A stretch of DNA of 64,000 bases from Clostridia bacterium (GTDB lineage: Bacteria > Bacillota > Clostridia > RUG12999), in assembly GCA_045648785.1 (NCBI GenBank), contig JAZROP010000036.1, positions 2,457 through 66,456 of the forward strand, written 5' to 3'. Made by a program: the position numbers and the translations under genes. A model generated the notes under the pieces. The model worked only from the letters and a program-made list of their open reading frames with translations. It made no database searches and was not told where the DNA came from. The first letter of the stretch is position 1; each line of letters starts with the position of its first letter. Below, piece by piece: positions 18,305-28,116 of this stretch.

Positions 18305-19921
18305 ATGGCAGAAAAAACACTTGGACAATCGGTTGCCAAAGGGTCGGCAATTTTACTTATAGCTAATCTAACTGTTAAAATAATAGGTGCGCTTTTTAAA
18401 ATACCTCTCCAGCATCTTATCGGTGACGAGGGAATGGGATATTTCAATGCCGCTTACAATATTTATGCAGGGCTTTTTGTTGTGGCAACGGCAGGACTTC
18501 CGGTTGCTGTTTCAAAAATGGTTTCCGAAAGTATGGTAACAGGTAACTTAAAAGAAACAAAGCGTATTTTCCGTGTAGCATATGCAATATTTCTTGTCAT
18601 AGGAATTGTCGGCAGTGCGGCTCTCTTTTTGTTTGCTGATGAATGGGCGGCAACCACAAAATTTGCAAAATCAAATATTGCGGTAATGGCAATTGCTCCG
18701 TCAATTCTTTTTGTTTCGCTCATGTCTGTTTACAGAGGCTTTTTTCAGGGAATGTCCAATATGATTCCCACTGCAGTGAGTGAGGTTGTCGAAGCGGCAG
18801 GAAAGCTCATTGTAGGATATTTGCTTGCCTATATATTACTGGGAAGGGGGCTGCATATTGCGGCGACAGGCGCAGTTTTGGGTGTAACTACAGGGTCGCT
18901 TTTGTCCCTTTGTGTTTTAATCAGTATATATTCAGGAAAAAAGAAAGTTGTTTATTCGGAAATAGATTCCTCCAAACAACCGGCACCCACAGCCAAAATT
19001 CTAAAAAAACTGCTTGCTATTGCAATTCCCGTTACAATAAGCGCCTCGGTATTTACACTTACCAATATGATAGATACTGTCCTGATTGGGCGTAATCTTG
19101 AAAGCATACAACACATTCTCTCTGAGGACCGGGTGGTGCTTTACGGAAGATATACAGGCAAGGCAGTGGTGCTTTTCAATATGCCGCCCACGCTTGTTAT
19201 GTCGCTTTGCATGGCGCTTGTACCGGCTATTGCAAGAGCGTATGTCAGCGGAGATAAAAAAACTGTTCGCATTACCACTACTCAGTCACTCAAAAGCGCA
19301 TATATTTTTGCGCTTCCCTGTGCAATAGGGCTTGCAACTCTGGCAGAGCCTATTCTGAAAATACTTTATAAAACTGATGATGCGGTACTTTTGCTGCAGC
19401 TTATCGCTCCGGCAGTTGTGTTTGTGTCTATGGTGCTTGTTACAAACTCCATTCTTCAGGCGACGGGAAATGTACTTGTGCCGGTTATGAATATTTTTAT
19501 GGGTGGAGTTGCTAAGGTTGTAATAAACTCGATTCTGGTCAGCAATCCGGCGATTAATATTAACGGCGCGCCGATAGGAACTACGGTATGCTATTTCATA
19601 TACATGTTTTTAAATCTCATTTATATTCGTAAAATTACCAAAGCTGATATTGGGTTTGGCTTCTGGATAAGACCGCTTGGTGCGGGTGTTATTATGGCGG
19701 TTGTTGCATATTTCGGATATGCTCTTTTAATGGGATTAACCGGTGAAAATTTTCTGTTTGTTCTGATTAATTTTGTAATATGCGGCGGACTTTCTGTTGT
19801 GGCGTATCTGCTTACGCTTATATCCCTGGGCGGTATTACGGCTGATGATATGAGGATACTTCCAAAAGGTGAGAAAATTGCCCAAGTATTTATAAGAATG
19901 AAACTTATGAAGAAGGATTAA
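18305..19921 (+). CDS. MOP-superfamily flippase (SpoVB/YabM/MurJ-like polysaccharide biosynthesis protein)
   Basis: About 14 transmembrane segments. Followed by mazG and a yabO-like gene, as in the B. subtilis yabM-yabN-yabO block. GGAGG RBS before the ATG at 18305. Confidence 0.8.
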   Translation: MAEKTLGQSVAKGSAILLIANLTVKIIGALFKIPLQHLIGDEGMGYFNAAYNIYAGLFVVATAGLPVAVSKMVSESMVTGNLKETKRIFRVAYAIFLVIGIVGSAALFLFADEWAATTKFAKSNIAVMAIAPSILFVSLMSVYRGFFQGMSNMIPTAVSEVVEAAGKLIVGYLLAYILLGRGLHIAATGAVLGVTTGSLLSLCVLISIYSGKKKVVYSEIDSSKQPAPTAKILKKLLAIAIPVTISASVFTLTNMIDTVLIGRNLESIQHILSEDRVVLYGRYTGKAVVLFNMPPTLVMSLCMALVPAIARAYVSGDKKTVRITTTQSLKSAYIFALPCAIGLATLAEPILKILYKTDDAVLLLQLIAPAVVFVSMVLVTNSILQATGNVLVPVMNIFMGGVAKVVINSILVSNPAININGAPIGTTVCYFIYMFLNLIYIRKITKADIGFGFWIRPLGAGVIMAVVAYFGYALLMGLTGENFLFVLINFVICGGLSVVAYLLTLISLGGITADDMRILPKGEKIAQVFIRMKLMKKD

Positions 19922-19923
19922 AT

Positions 19924-20709
19924 ATGAAAAAGAAATATACATTTGATGAATTTAAGGAAATTATCGCCAGACTTCGCGGCGAGGGCGGTTGTCCATGGGA
20001 CAGAGAACAGACATATAAAAGCATGAAAAGTAATGTGCTTGAGGAAAGCTATGAGGTAATCGATGCTTGCGAAACGGGTGGAATGAAGCTTGCTGATGAA
20101 CTTGGTGATTTGCTTTTGCAAGTGGTAATGCTTTCCCAGATAGCCTCCGAAGCGGGCGAATTTACTATGGACGATGTAATAGACTGCATAGCCGAAAAAA
20201 TGATACACCGCCACCCTCATGTGTTTGGCGATGTAAAAGCTGAAACCTCCGAAGAAGTTCTCAAAAACTGGGATAAAATAAAACGCGAGGACAAAAAGGA
20301 CACTTCTGTCACAAAGTCTCTTACGGATATAACAAAAACCCTTCCCTCTGTTTTAAAAGCACACAAGGTTCAGTCCAGGGTGGCAAAGGTAGGGTTTGAC
20401 TGGGATAATACTGATGATGTTTTTGATAAGGTCTATGAGGAATTTGGTGAGCTGAAAAATGCTTATAAAAATAACGATGCAAAAAACGCTCATGAGGAGC
20501 TTGGCGACCTTATGTTCTCAGTGATTAATTTAAGCAGATTTTTAAAAATAAATCCGGAACTTGCATTAAATGACAGTACAGAAAAATTTGTTCGCAGATT
20601 TGAAAAAATTGAAAAAGCTGCGACTGTAGAGGGAAAAAAGATTGAAAACATGTCTTTTGAAGAAATGGATGCCCTCTGGGAAAAGGTTAAAACTATTGAA
20701 AAACAGTAA
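19924..20709 (+). CDS. mazG: nucleoside triphosphate pyrophosphohydrolase MazG (tandem MazG domains)
   Basis: GCPWDREQT and two EExxE/ELGD repeats. Confidence 0.9.
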   Translation: MKKKYTFDEFKEIIARLRGEGGCPWDREQTYKSMKSNVLEESYEVIDACETGGMKLADELGDLLLQVVMLSQIASEAGEFTMDDVIDCIAEKMIHRHPHVFGDVKAETSEEVLKNWDKIKREDKKDTSVTKSLTDITKTLPSVLKAHKVQSRVAKVGFDWDNTDDVFDKVYEEFGELKNAYKNNDAKNAHEELGDLMFSVINLSRFLKINPELALNDSTEKFVRRFEKIEKAATVEGKKIENMSFEEMDALWEKVKTIEKQ

Positions 20710-20872
20710 TTTTAAGCCGTTTTCTTGTGCATAATATATAAAGAATTTGAGGTTTTAAGGTAAAAATGACGATTTTTCAGAAAATCCCCAAAAAAAGAAG
20801 GATTTTCCAAGGTTTACAGAGAATAATATGATGTTAAATATTATTTAATAATAACAAAGGAGGATATTAACC

Positions 20873-21151
20873 ATGAATAAGGCAGATTTAGTTGCTAAAA
20901 TTGCTGAAAAAGCAAATATCACAAAGAAAGATGCAGACATCGCTCTCGGCGCTGTTATCGCATCTATCGAGGAAGCTCTCGTAGCTGGCGAAAAAATTTC
21001 TCTGGTTGGTTTCGGCACATTTGAAACAAAAACTCGTGCTGCAAGAACAGGTATCAACCCCAGAACAAAAGCTGCTATTAAAATCCCCGCTTCCAAAGTT
21101 CCTGCTTTCAAAATCAGCAAGGCTTTAAAAGACAAAGTAGCTGGCAAATAA
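20873..21151 (+). CDS. hup: DNA-binding protein HU
   Basis: MNKADLV...GFGTFE...RTGINPRT, the canonical HU sequence. Confidence 0.95.
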   Translation: MNKADLVAKIAEKANITKKDADIALGAVIASIEEALVAGEKISLVGFGTFETKTRAARTGINPRTKAAIKIPASKVPAFKISKALKDKVAGK

Positions 21152-21171
21152 TTAAAAATTATTTATAAGGT

Positions 21172-21199
21172 GCGGAGGCTGTTTGCCTCCGCATTTTAT
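21172..21199 (+). terminator. terminator after hup
   Basis: GCGGAGGC-tgttt-GCCTCCGC followed by a T-rich tail. Confidence 0.7.
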
Positions 21200-21217
21200 A
21201 TCATATGGGGAGATAGC

Positions 21218-21457
21218 ATGAGATTAGATAAATTTATGAAGGTATCAAGGATTATTAAGCGCCGTACGGTTGCAAATGAGGCTTGCAGCGGTGGAAGAGT
21301 GTCTGTTAACGGTAAAGTGGCAAAGGCAGGGGACAGGCTAAAAATCGGCGATGTAATAGAAATAGCCTTTGGAGATAAAACCCTTAAAGCCAGGGTGCTT
21401 AGTTTAAATGAACATGCCACCAAGGAAACCGCGGCGGATATGTACGAAATCCTTTGA
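21218..21457 (+). CDS. S4-domain RNA-binding protein (YabO-like)
   Basis: MRLDKFMKVSRIIKRRT... S4 motif. GGGGAG RBS. Confidence 0.8.
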   Translation: MRLDKFMKVSRIIKRRTVANEACSGGRVSVNGKVAKAGDRLKIGDVIEIAFGDKTLKARVLSLNEHATKETAADMYEIL

Positions 21458-21462
21458 GTTAT

Positions 21463-21493
21463 AAGACAACCATTAAAAGGTTGTCTTTTTTTT
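21463..21493 (+). terminator. terminator after the yabO-like gene
   Basis: AAGACAACC-attaaaa-GGTTGTCTT followed by a T run. Confidence 0.8.
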
Positions 21494-21605
21494 GTATAAT
21501 TTGAATTTATCTGACGATAATAAAATTAGGCTTGATACATATTTTGACAAAATTTTTATGCTGGTTTGTATTATAGTATATTTATAATACAAAGGAGAGA
21601 GAAAA

Positions 21606-21911
21606 ATGAATTATACAATTTTAAAAAGAAAGGACAGGCTTATTGTGAAAATAGATGGTGAGCTTGACCATCACAACTGTAAGACAGTTCGGGAAAATGT
21701 TGATATTGAAATAAAGAGCGGAGCAGTTAAAACGCTCGTGTTTGATTTTTCGGGACTTTCATTTATGGACAGTTCAGGAATTGGAATTATTATGGGAAGA
21801 TTTCAGCTAATGAGTCTGTACGGTGGAAGAGTCATTGTTGAAAATGCGCCCGAATATGTGAAAAAAATAATTTATATGTCTGGTCTTAAAGACCTTGTAG
21901 ATATTGCGTGA
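21606..21911 (+). CDS. spoIIAA: anti-sigma-F factor antagonist SpoIIAA (STAS domain)
   Basis: STAS motif FMDSSGIG containing the phosphorylatable Ser. First gene of the spoIIA operon. Confidence 0.9.
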   Translation: MNYTILKRKDRLIVKIDGELDHHNCKTVRENVDIEIKSGAVKTLVFDFSGLSFMDSSGIGIIMGRFQLMSLYGGRVIVENAPEYVKKIIYMSGLKDLVDIA

Positions 21912-21926
21912 AAGGGGGAACTAATT

Positions 21927-22370
21927 ATGAAAGATATAATGAAACTTCAGTTTCCGGCGAAAAGCTCCTGTGAATCGTTTGCAAGGGTTGCTGTTGCGGC
22001 CTTTATTGCAAGGATTGACCCAACGCTTGCTGAAATAAATGAAATTAAAACGGCGGTTTCCGAGGGGGTTACAAATAGTATTATTCACGGATATGAAAAT
22101 GAAGATGGTATTGTTTACATAGAGTGTGAATTGAAAGATAATCTTGTTAAAATAACCATTGCAGACAAAGGCAAAGGTATTGACAATGTTGAGCAGGCTA
22201 TGATGCCGCTTTTTACCACAAATCCTGACGGCGAACGGTCGGGAATGGGATTTACAGTGATGGAAACCTTTATGGATATGGTGGAGGTGAAATCCTTGCC
22301 GGGTGTGGGTACAAGAATTATAATGACAAAAACTCTTCAGGCGGCAGAGGAGGATGCTAAATGTGGATAG
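21927..22370 (+). CDS. spoIIAB: anti-sigma-F factor / serine kinase SpoIIAB
   Basis: N-box [11 protein letters not shown] and G-box DKGKGI...ERSGMGF. Confidence 0.9.
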   Translation: MKDIMKLQFPAKSSCESFARVAVAAFIARIDPTLAEINEIKTAVSEGVTNSIIHGYENEDGIVYIECELKDNLVKITIADKGKGIDNVEQAMMPLFTTNPDGERSGMGFTVMETFMDMVEVKSLPGVGTRIIMTKTLQAAEEDAKCG

Positions 22371-23070
22371 AAATGCTCTTCTTATTGAAAAATACCGGTC
22401 GGGAGATAATGAGGCACTTTCTGCGCTGGTAAAGGAAAATGAAAGACTTGTGTGGAGCATTGTTGCCCGTATGCCAATCGCACCCGGGGAAAAAGAGGAT
22501 ATGTTTCAGACAGGGTGCGAGGGACTAATTAAAGCCGCAAATCGTTTTGATTTAACCAAAGGGGTAATGTTTTCAACTTATGCGGTTTATATGATTATGG
22601 GTGAAATAAAAAAGTTTTTGCGTGACGATGGAATGATAAAGGTGAGCAGAAGTTTAAAGGAGCTTGCCGTCAAAGTCAGACATGTGGCAGCTGAAATTTC
22701 GGCAGAAACAGGGAGTGAGGCATCGGCAAAAGAAATTGCAAAAAGACTTGGAAAAAAAGAGGAAGAAATAATTGAATGTCTGGAAGCAGACCAAAAGCCA
22801 ATTTCAATAAATAAAAGGGTTGGTGAAAGTGAAAGTACCCTTGAGGACATTATTGCTGACGACACAGAGTTTGATGATGGAATAATAAATACCTTAAGTC
22901 TCGCAAAAGCGGCAAAAAAACTTAGTAAAAAGGAAAAATACATTCTTCTTATGAGATATTATAAAAATAAAACACAGGCACAGATAGCAGAAAAGCTTGG
23001 TGTTTCGCAGGTCCATATTTCAAGGCTTGAAAAGAAAATTATTGAAAATTTAAGAAAAGAAATAGTATAA
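22354..23070 (+). CDS. sigF: sporulation sigma factor SigF
   Basis: Sigma-70 regions 2-4. Its position after spoIIAB supports the call. Region 4 reads [22 protein letters not shown]. Confidence 0.9.
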   Translation: MLNVDRNALLIEKYRSGDNEALSALVKENERLVWSIVARMPIAPGEKEDMFQTGCEGLIKAANRFDLTKGVMFSTYAVYMIMGEIKKFLRDDGMIKVSRSLKELAVKVRHVAAEISAETGSEASAKEIAKRLGKKEEEIIECLEADQKPISINKRVGESESTLEDIIADDTEFDDGIINTLSLAKAAKKLSKKEKYILLMRYYKNKTQAQIAEKLGVSQVHISRLEKKIIENLRKEIV

Positions 23071-23073
23071 AAA

Positions 23074-23108
23074 ATCTCCCCTGATTAAGGGGAGATAAAT
23101 TTTTTTTG
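23074..23108 (+). terminator. terminator of the spoIIA operon
   Basis: ATCTCCCCT-gatta-AGGGGAGAT followed by T8. Confidence 0.85.
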
Positions 23109-23225
23109 TACGGAACACTTATATTTCGCCCGTAATTAATACTTATATCATTTGAAGTCATCAACAAAAGTATTGTGCTGTCAAACAACAGGATTATGAT
23201 ACCCTTAGAAGCAGAATATATAACA

Positions 23226-24284
23226 TTATTCTGCTTTTATTTTCTGCCAGATTTCATCATACATTCTATTTATGTCATCACTTGTGATAAACATTTCCAT
23301 ATTCTGTAAATCTTCGTCAGAGGGGAAAGCAGCTCTGTTTGCAGCAAATTCAGGATTTACTTTCTCAACCTCAGCATAAACCTCAGACTGAGGGGTGGAA
23401 TATGTTATCTCCAGGCAGTTGCGTGTAGCAACATCTGTTTCACACATAAAGTTAATAAACTGCGAGGCAAGGTCTTTAGACTGTGATTGCTCGGTAACAC
23501 ACATAACATCAATAAACCAGTTTGAGCCTTCTTTTGGAATGATGTAGTTAAAGTTACCATCAGAATTCATCATGGTTTCAATAGCGTTACCTGACCATGT
23601 AATAGCAATGTCAGCCTCTTCACCCAGCATTTTGTCGTTAACTTCATCAACAACATAAGCCAGAACATCGGGTTTTTGATTTATAAGAAGCTCCATAGCT
23701 TCGTTCAACTCTTTTTCGTCCGTTGAATTAAGGGAATAACCAAGGTATTTCAGTGCCGCACCGATTGTATCTCTGTGACTGTCAACCATGAGCGTTTTTT
23801 TGCTGTATTTGCCGCTGAAAAGTGCGTCCCAGCTTGTGGGAACTTCTTTTATATTATTGGTGTTGTAAAGAATTCCTAAAGTTCCCCACATATAAGGAAC
23901 AGTATATTCATTGTTCGGGTCATAATAGTGACCTTTAAATTTATCGTCAATTTTTTCAAAATTAGGAATGGTAGACATATCAAGCTTACTGATAAGTCCT
24001 TCGTCAATCATTCTTTTTGCCATATATTCAGATGGGAAAATAACATCGTATGAGCTGGGGTCTGCTTTAAGTTTTGCATACATTTCCTCGTTTGTTGCAA
24101 AAGTATCATAAATAACCCTTACTCCAAACTGATTTTCAAAATCTTTAAGAACGGTTTCGTCAATATATTCGCCCCAGTTGAAGACCTTTAAGGTGGGACG
24201 GTCATCACAGGCGGTTAAAAGTGTGAGGGAAAATGTCATTATTATAGCTAAAGCAAGAGATATGATTTTTTTCAAATTTACCAC
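23226..24284 (-). CDS. potD: spermidine/putrescine ABC transporter substrate-binding lipoprotein
   Basis: Lipobox LLTAC. PotD-like sequence located downstream of potABC. Confidence 0.85.
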   Translation of the reverse strand: MVNLKKIISLALAIIMTFSLTLLTACDDRPTLKVFNWGEYIDETVLKDFENQFGVRVIYDTFATNEEMYAKLKADPSSYDVIFPSEYMAKRMIDEGLISKLDMSTIPNFEKIDDKFKGHYYDPNNEYTVPYMWGTLGILYNTNNIKEVPTSWDALFSGKYSKKTLMVDSHRDTIGAALKYLGYSLNSTDEKELNEAMELLINQKPDVLAYVVDEVNDKMLGEEADIAITWSGNAIETMMNSDGNFNYIIPKEGSNWFIDVMCVTEQSQSKDLASQFINFMCETDVATRNCLEITYSTPQSEVYAEVEKVNPEFAANRAAFPSDEDLQNMEMFITSDDINRMYDEIWQKIKAE

Positions 24285-25069
24285 TCCTTTTTTTCTTTTT
24301 TATTGTCTTTAAGTCTGGTGTTTACAATAATGAGAAGGAAGAGCACAGAGAAGAACATAATTGTTGAAAGTGCGTTGATGGATGGATTGATACCTTTCCT
24401 TGTCATTGAGTAAATCATAATTGAAAGATTGGACACGCCCGGTCCGGTTGTGAAAAAGCTTATTACAAAATCGTCTATTGAAAGTGTAAATGCAAGCAAC
24501 ATGCCTGTTGCAATACCCGGTATAAGTTCAGGAAGAATTACCTTGTAAAAAGCTTTCCACGGGGTTGCACCAAGGTCAAGTGCCGCTTCGTAGGTGTTTT
24601 TGTTAAGTTGATTAAATTTTGGCAGAAGCGACTGCACAATATAAGGTACGCTGAAAGTAATATGTGCCAGAAGCAAGGTTAAAAATCCTCTTGGAATAGC
24701 TATAAACACAAACAGTATCATCATTGACACGCCTGTTACAATATCAGGATTGAGCATGGGAAGATATGTTGTATTCAGCATAAGAGATTTAACTTTACGG
24801 TTTTTCATGCGGTATAAAAGCCATGATGCTGCAAGTCCTATTATTGTTGAAACTATAGCTGATATTGCAGCAATTGCAAGTGTGTTCCAAAGCGCGCGGA
24901 TAATTTCACGGTTTTCAAACAGCTCTTTGTACCATTTAAGAGAAAAACCGCCCCATTTGTTACGGAATTTCGAGCCGTTGAAGGAATAGATAACCATTAT
25001 AATTATCGGTGCATAGAGGAAAAGGTACACCAGCGTGGAATATAAATTTTTAAATAATCTTTTTACCAT
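24278..25069 (-). CDS. potC: spermidine/putrescine ABC permease
   Basis: Six-TM permease with an EAA loop (AALDLGATPWKAF). Confidence 0.85.
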   Translation of the reverse strand: MVKRLFKNLYSTLVYLFLYAPIIIMVIYSFNGSKFRNKWGGFSLKWYKELFENREIIRALWNTLAIAAISAIVSTIIGLAASWLLYRMKNRKVKSLMLNTTYLPMLNPDIVTGVSMMILFVFIAIPRGFLTLLLAHITFSVPYIVQSLLPKFNQLNKNTYEAALDLGATPWKAFYKVILPELIPGIATGMLLAFTLSIDDFVISFFTTGPGVSNLSIMIYSMTRKGINPSINALSTIMFFSVLFLLIIVNTRLKDNKKEKKEW

Positions 25070-25893
25070 AGTCCGCCTCCTTCGGGTTCGTCCGATTTAC
25101 CCTTGGGAACTATTGCCATGCTGGCAAGGAGAATTATCATAACTACAACCGAGATTGCCGAAGCAAAGTTCCAGTCGTTCGCGTAGAGGAACTGCTGCTC
25201 GATAATGTCGCCAATAAGTGAAGTATGACCGCCACCCATAAGTCGGGAAATTACAAATGTTGTAACAGCCGGCATAAATACCATAGAAATTCCGGAGGCT
25301 ATGCCAGGCAGGCTTAATGGAAAAGTTACAGAGCGGAATACTCGGAATTTATTTGCACCCAAATCCTGTGCAGCTTCAATTATAGAACGGTCTGTTTTTG
25401 TAAGTGAGGAGTATATGGGGAACACCATAAAGGGCAAAAAGTTATATACCATACCCAAAACTACTGCCCCTTGATTGTATAAAAGCGCAAGCTTCTCAAA
25501 ACCCAGTTTTTCAAGCAGAGTATTTATAAGACCATTGTTTTCAAGTATTGTCAGCCATGCGTATGTTCTCATTAGGAAGTTCATCCACATGGGAAGAACA
25601 AAAAGGGTAACGCAAAAGCTTTGTATTTTAGGTTTGAGATTTGCCAGAATCATTGCCATAGGGTAACCTATAATAAGACAAATTACAGTTGAAATCAGTG
25701 CAAGGTAAATTGAACGCCATAGAGATTTAAGATAAACTCCGTCAGTAAAGAATTTCTTAAAGTTATCCATTGTAAAGCGTACCATATCACCGTCATTATA
25801 AGTAAAAGCATAAAATACTATCAGCGCAAGCGGCAGTACGATGAATATAAATATCCACGCTGCATAGGTGGCGGTGAGGAGTTTATTCTTCAT
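25063..25893 (-). CDS. potB: spermidine/putrescine ABC permease
   Basis: EAA loop [13 protein letters not shown]. Start taken at MKNKLL, which overlaps the potA stop. Confidence 0.85.
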   Translation of the reverse strand: MKNKLLTATYAAWIFIFIVLPLALIVFYAFTYNDGDMVRFTMDNFKKFFTDGVYLKSLWRSIYLALISTVICLIIGYPMAMILANLKPKIQSFCVTLFVLPMWMNFLMRTYAWLTILENNGLINTLLEKLGFEKLALLYNQGAVVLGMVYNFLPFMVFPIYSSLTKTDRSIIEAAQDLGANKFRVFRSVTFPLSLPGIASGISMVFMPAVTTFVISRLMGGGHTSLIGDIIEQQFLYANDWNFASAISVVVMIILLASMAIVPKGKSDEPEGGGLW

Positions 25894-26950
25894 ATTTTGC
25901 CACCTCGGTTTTATGCATGATATGTATGTCAAATGGAGCAATCATAAGATTAACCTTTGCACCGGGTTGTTCGCTTAAAGTTGATTGAAGCATAAAGTCC
26001 TGCCCTAAAGCATCAATAATCATTTCGTAGTGCATGCCTTTGAAAATAACCGATTTTACAGTACCTGTAAACATAGCCTTTTCCGGCTTGCAAATTTTAA
26101 GGTCTTCCGGACGGATTACAACATCAACAAGTTCATTTTTTGCAAATCCTTCATCAACGCAACTAAACTTTACTCCGCCAAATTCAACAAGTCGGTCTTC
26201 AATCATTATGCCGTCTAAAATATTACTTTCACCAATAAAATCTGCAACAAATGCGTTTGCAGGTTCATTGTAAATATCAACGGGAGTACCCTGCTGCTGG
26301 ATGATACCCTCATTCATTACAACCACATGGTCGGACATAGTAAGAGCTTCTTCCTGGTCGTGAGTTACATATACAAATGTAAGCCCGAGCTGCTGCTGAA
26401 TAGATTTAAGCTCAAGCTGCATTTCCTTCCTGAGTTTAAGGTCAAGTGCACCGAGAGGTTCGTCAAGCAAAAGAACCTCAGGCTGATTTACAAGTGCTCG
26501 TGCAATGGCAACACGCTGCTGTTGACCACCCGACAGGGAGGTAACAGTTCTCTTTTCGTAACCTGATAGGTTAACAAGCGACAGCATTTCAGAAGCTTTC
26601 TTTTTAATCTCTGTCTCAGGTGTTTTTTTTATGCGCAGACCAAAAGCAATGTTTTCATAAACATTCATATGAGGGAACAGTGCATAACGCTGAAAAACTG
26701 TATTAACAGGTCTTTTGTAGGGCGGTACGGCAGTCATATCCACACCATCGAAAAAAACCTTGCCATTTGTAGGCATTTCAAAACCGCCTATAATACGCAA
26801 AGTTGTGGTTTTTCCGCAGCCACTGGGACCGAGCAGAGTTATAAATTTATGTTTCTCTATATCAAGAGTAATATTGTCAAGAATTGTTTCGCCGTCAAAT
26901 TCCTTAGTGATGTTTTCAAGATGAATAAAAGATTTTGCCAACTGATACAC
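25883..26950 (-). CDS. potA: spermidine/putrescine ABC transporter ATPase
   Basis: Walker [10 protein letters not shown], signature LSGGQQQR and Walker B LLLDEP, plus a C-terminal TOBE-like domain. Confidence 0.9.
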   Translation of the reverse strand: MYQLAKSFIHLENITKEFDGETILDNITLDIEKHKFITLLGPSGCGKTTTLRIIGGFEMPTNGKVFFDGVDMTAVPPYKRPVNTVFQRYALFPHMNVYENIAFGLRIKKTPETEIKKKASEMLSLVNLSGYEKRTVTSLSGGQQQRVAIARALVNQPEVLLLDEPLGALDLKLRKEMQLELKSIQQQLGLTFVYVTHDQEEALTMSDHVVVMNEGIIQQQGTPVDIYNEPANAFVADFIGESNILDGIMIEDRLVEFGGVKFSCVDEGFAKNELVDVVIRPEDLKICKPEKAMFTGTVKSVIFKGMHYEMIIDALGQDFMLQSTLSEQPGAKVNLMIAPFDIHIMHKTEVAKYEE

Positions 26951-26982
26951 CTCTTATTTTTAAAAATATTTTAACATATATC

Positions 26983-27011
26983 ATATTACATTTTTTATTA
27001 CCTGTTGTCAA
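26983..27011 (-). promoter_or_regulatory. sigma-A-type promoter for potABCD
   Basis: Minus strand reads TTGACA-17 nt-TAATAT. Confidence 0.45.
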
Positions 27012-27284
27012 TAGATTTTTGCAAAAAAATCACTTTTATTTTCAAATTCGGGATAATTAATGGTTTTTCATAATTTTAAAATGCTTCTCTGGAAAAATAA
27101 AGTTTGCTTAAAGCGTGTAAAATAAAGCGATAAACCCTGGTTTTAAAAATAACATTATTTTTTAATCTGAAGTTTAATATACTTTTATTTTGGATTGAAA
27201 GAGAACATAAAATTAAACTTTGAGTTTAAAAAAGGCAACTTTCATTTGTGAAAAAAATTTCATAAAAAAAGAGTCTGTCGGGAC

Positions 27285-27313
27285 TTGACAAACATTGCTT
27301 AAAGATATATAAT
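27285..27313 (+). promoter_or_regulatory. consensus sigma-A promoter for rpsU-yqeY
   Basis: TTGACA-17 nt-TATAAT, a perfect match to consensus. Confidence 0.6.
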
Positions 27314-27391
27314 ATTTTATGGTATAATTTTAAGCTATTTAGTTTTGACGTATTTTCTTATTATCGTTAAATTTCGGAGGGAGGGGAAATT

Positions 27392-27568
27392 ATGTCAGAA
27401 ATCAGAATAAAAGAAAATGAAAGCTTAGAAAGCGCTCTTCGCAGATTTAAGCGTTCATGTGCTAAATCAGGCGTGCTGTCTGAACTCAGAAAAAGAGAGC
27501 ACTATGAAAAACCCAGCGTAAAACGCAAAAAGAAATCAGAAGCAGCAAGAAAAAGGAAATTTAAATAA
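27392..27568 (+). CDS. rpsU: 30S ribosomal protein S21 (below the ORF-track size cutoff)
   Basis: Own translation: [72 protein letters not shown]. Confidence 0.9.
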   Translation: MSEIRIKENESLESALRRFKRSCAKSGVLSELRKREHYEKPSVKRKKKSEAARKRKFK

Positions 27569-28011
27569 TGGAACTTAAAAATGTCCTGCTGGATGAAATG
27601 AAATCCGCAATGAAGGACAAGGATACCGTTAAAAAGGATACTGTTCAGCTTGTCCGTGCAGCAATTCTTCAATTTGAAAAAGACAACAAGGTTGTTCTTG
27701 ATGATGACGGTGTTGTTGAAATTATAGCAAAAGAAGTAAAAAGATACAAAGATGTATTGCCCGACTACGAAAAAAGTGGCAGACAGGATCTCATTGACGA
27801 GGTTAACCGTAAGATTGAGATATTAATGCCTTATCTGCCCGAGCAGTTATCCGATGAGGAAATGCGTGAAATAGCCAAGCAAGTTATATCAGAGACAGGC
27901 GCTGCCTCCATGCGCGACATGGGTAAGGTAATGGGCGCAATTATGCCTAAGGTTAAAGGCAAATGTGACGGTAAAGCTTTAAATGCCGTTATAAAAGAAC
28001 TTTTAAGTTAA
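27568..28011 (+). CDS. yqeY: GatB/YqeY-domain protein
   Basis: YqeY-like sequence. TAATG coupling to rpsU, a conserved gene pair. Confidence 0.85.
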   Translation: MELKNVLLDEMKSAMKDKDTVKKDTVQLVRAAILQFEKDNKVVLDDDGVVEIIAKEVKRYKDVLPDYEKSGRQDLIDEVNRKIEILMPYLPEQLSDEEMREIAKQVISETGAASMRDMGKVMGAIMPKVKGKCDGKALNAVIKELLS

Positions 28012-28021
28012 AACATACAAA

Positions 28022-28048
28022 GTCCCAAGCAAAAGCTTGGGGCTTTTT
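28022..28048 (+). terminator. terminator after yqeY
   Basis: GTCCCAAGC-aaaa-GCTTGGGGC followed by T5. Confidence 0.8.
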
Positions 28049-28058
28049 CGTTTATCCT

Positions 28059-28087
28059 GAATAAGTCGAATTATTTTGGTAAAAATA
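28059..28087 (+). promoter_or_regulatory. possible forespore (sigma F/G-type) promoter
   Basis: GAATA-14 nt-GGTAAAAATA resembles the GHATR ... GGnnAnAnTA pattern. Match was made by eye only. Confidence 0.3.
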
Positions 28088-28116
28088 AGAAAAGACAATT
28101 TTGGGAGGTTATATTT

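Noticed and set aside
20773-20800. A GAAAATCC-N12-GGATTTTC inverted repeat after mazG, considered as a terminator
   Set aside because: The stem is only 8 bp with a 12-nt loop and no U tract, so it is not convincing as an intrinsic terminator.
21494-21605. A Spo0A box or sigma-H promoter upstream of spoIIAA
   Set aside because: Only weak partial matches are present (TGACGAT against the TGTCGAA box), and I could not align a clear RNAGGAWWW/GAAT pair. The evidence is not strong enough to annotate.
21921-22460. A 179-aa minus-strand ORF
   Set aside because: It is entirely antisense to spoIIAB/sigF, which have unambiguous motifs. It is a typical shadow ORF in AT-rich DNA.
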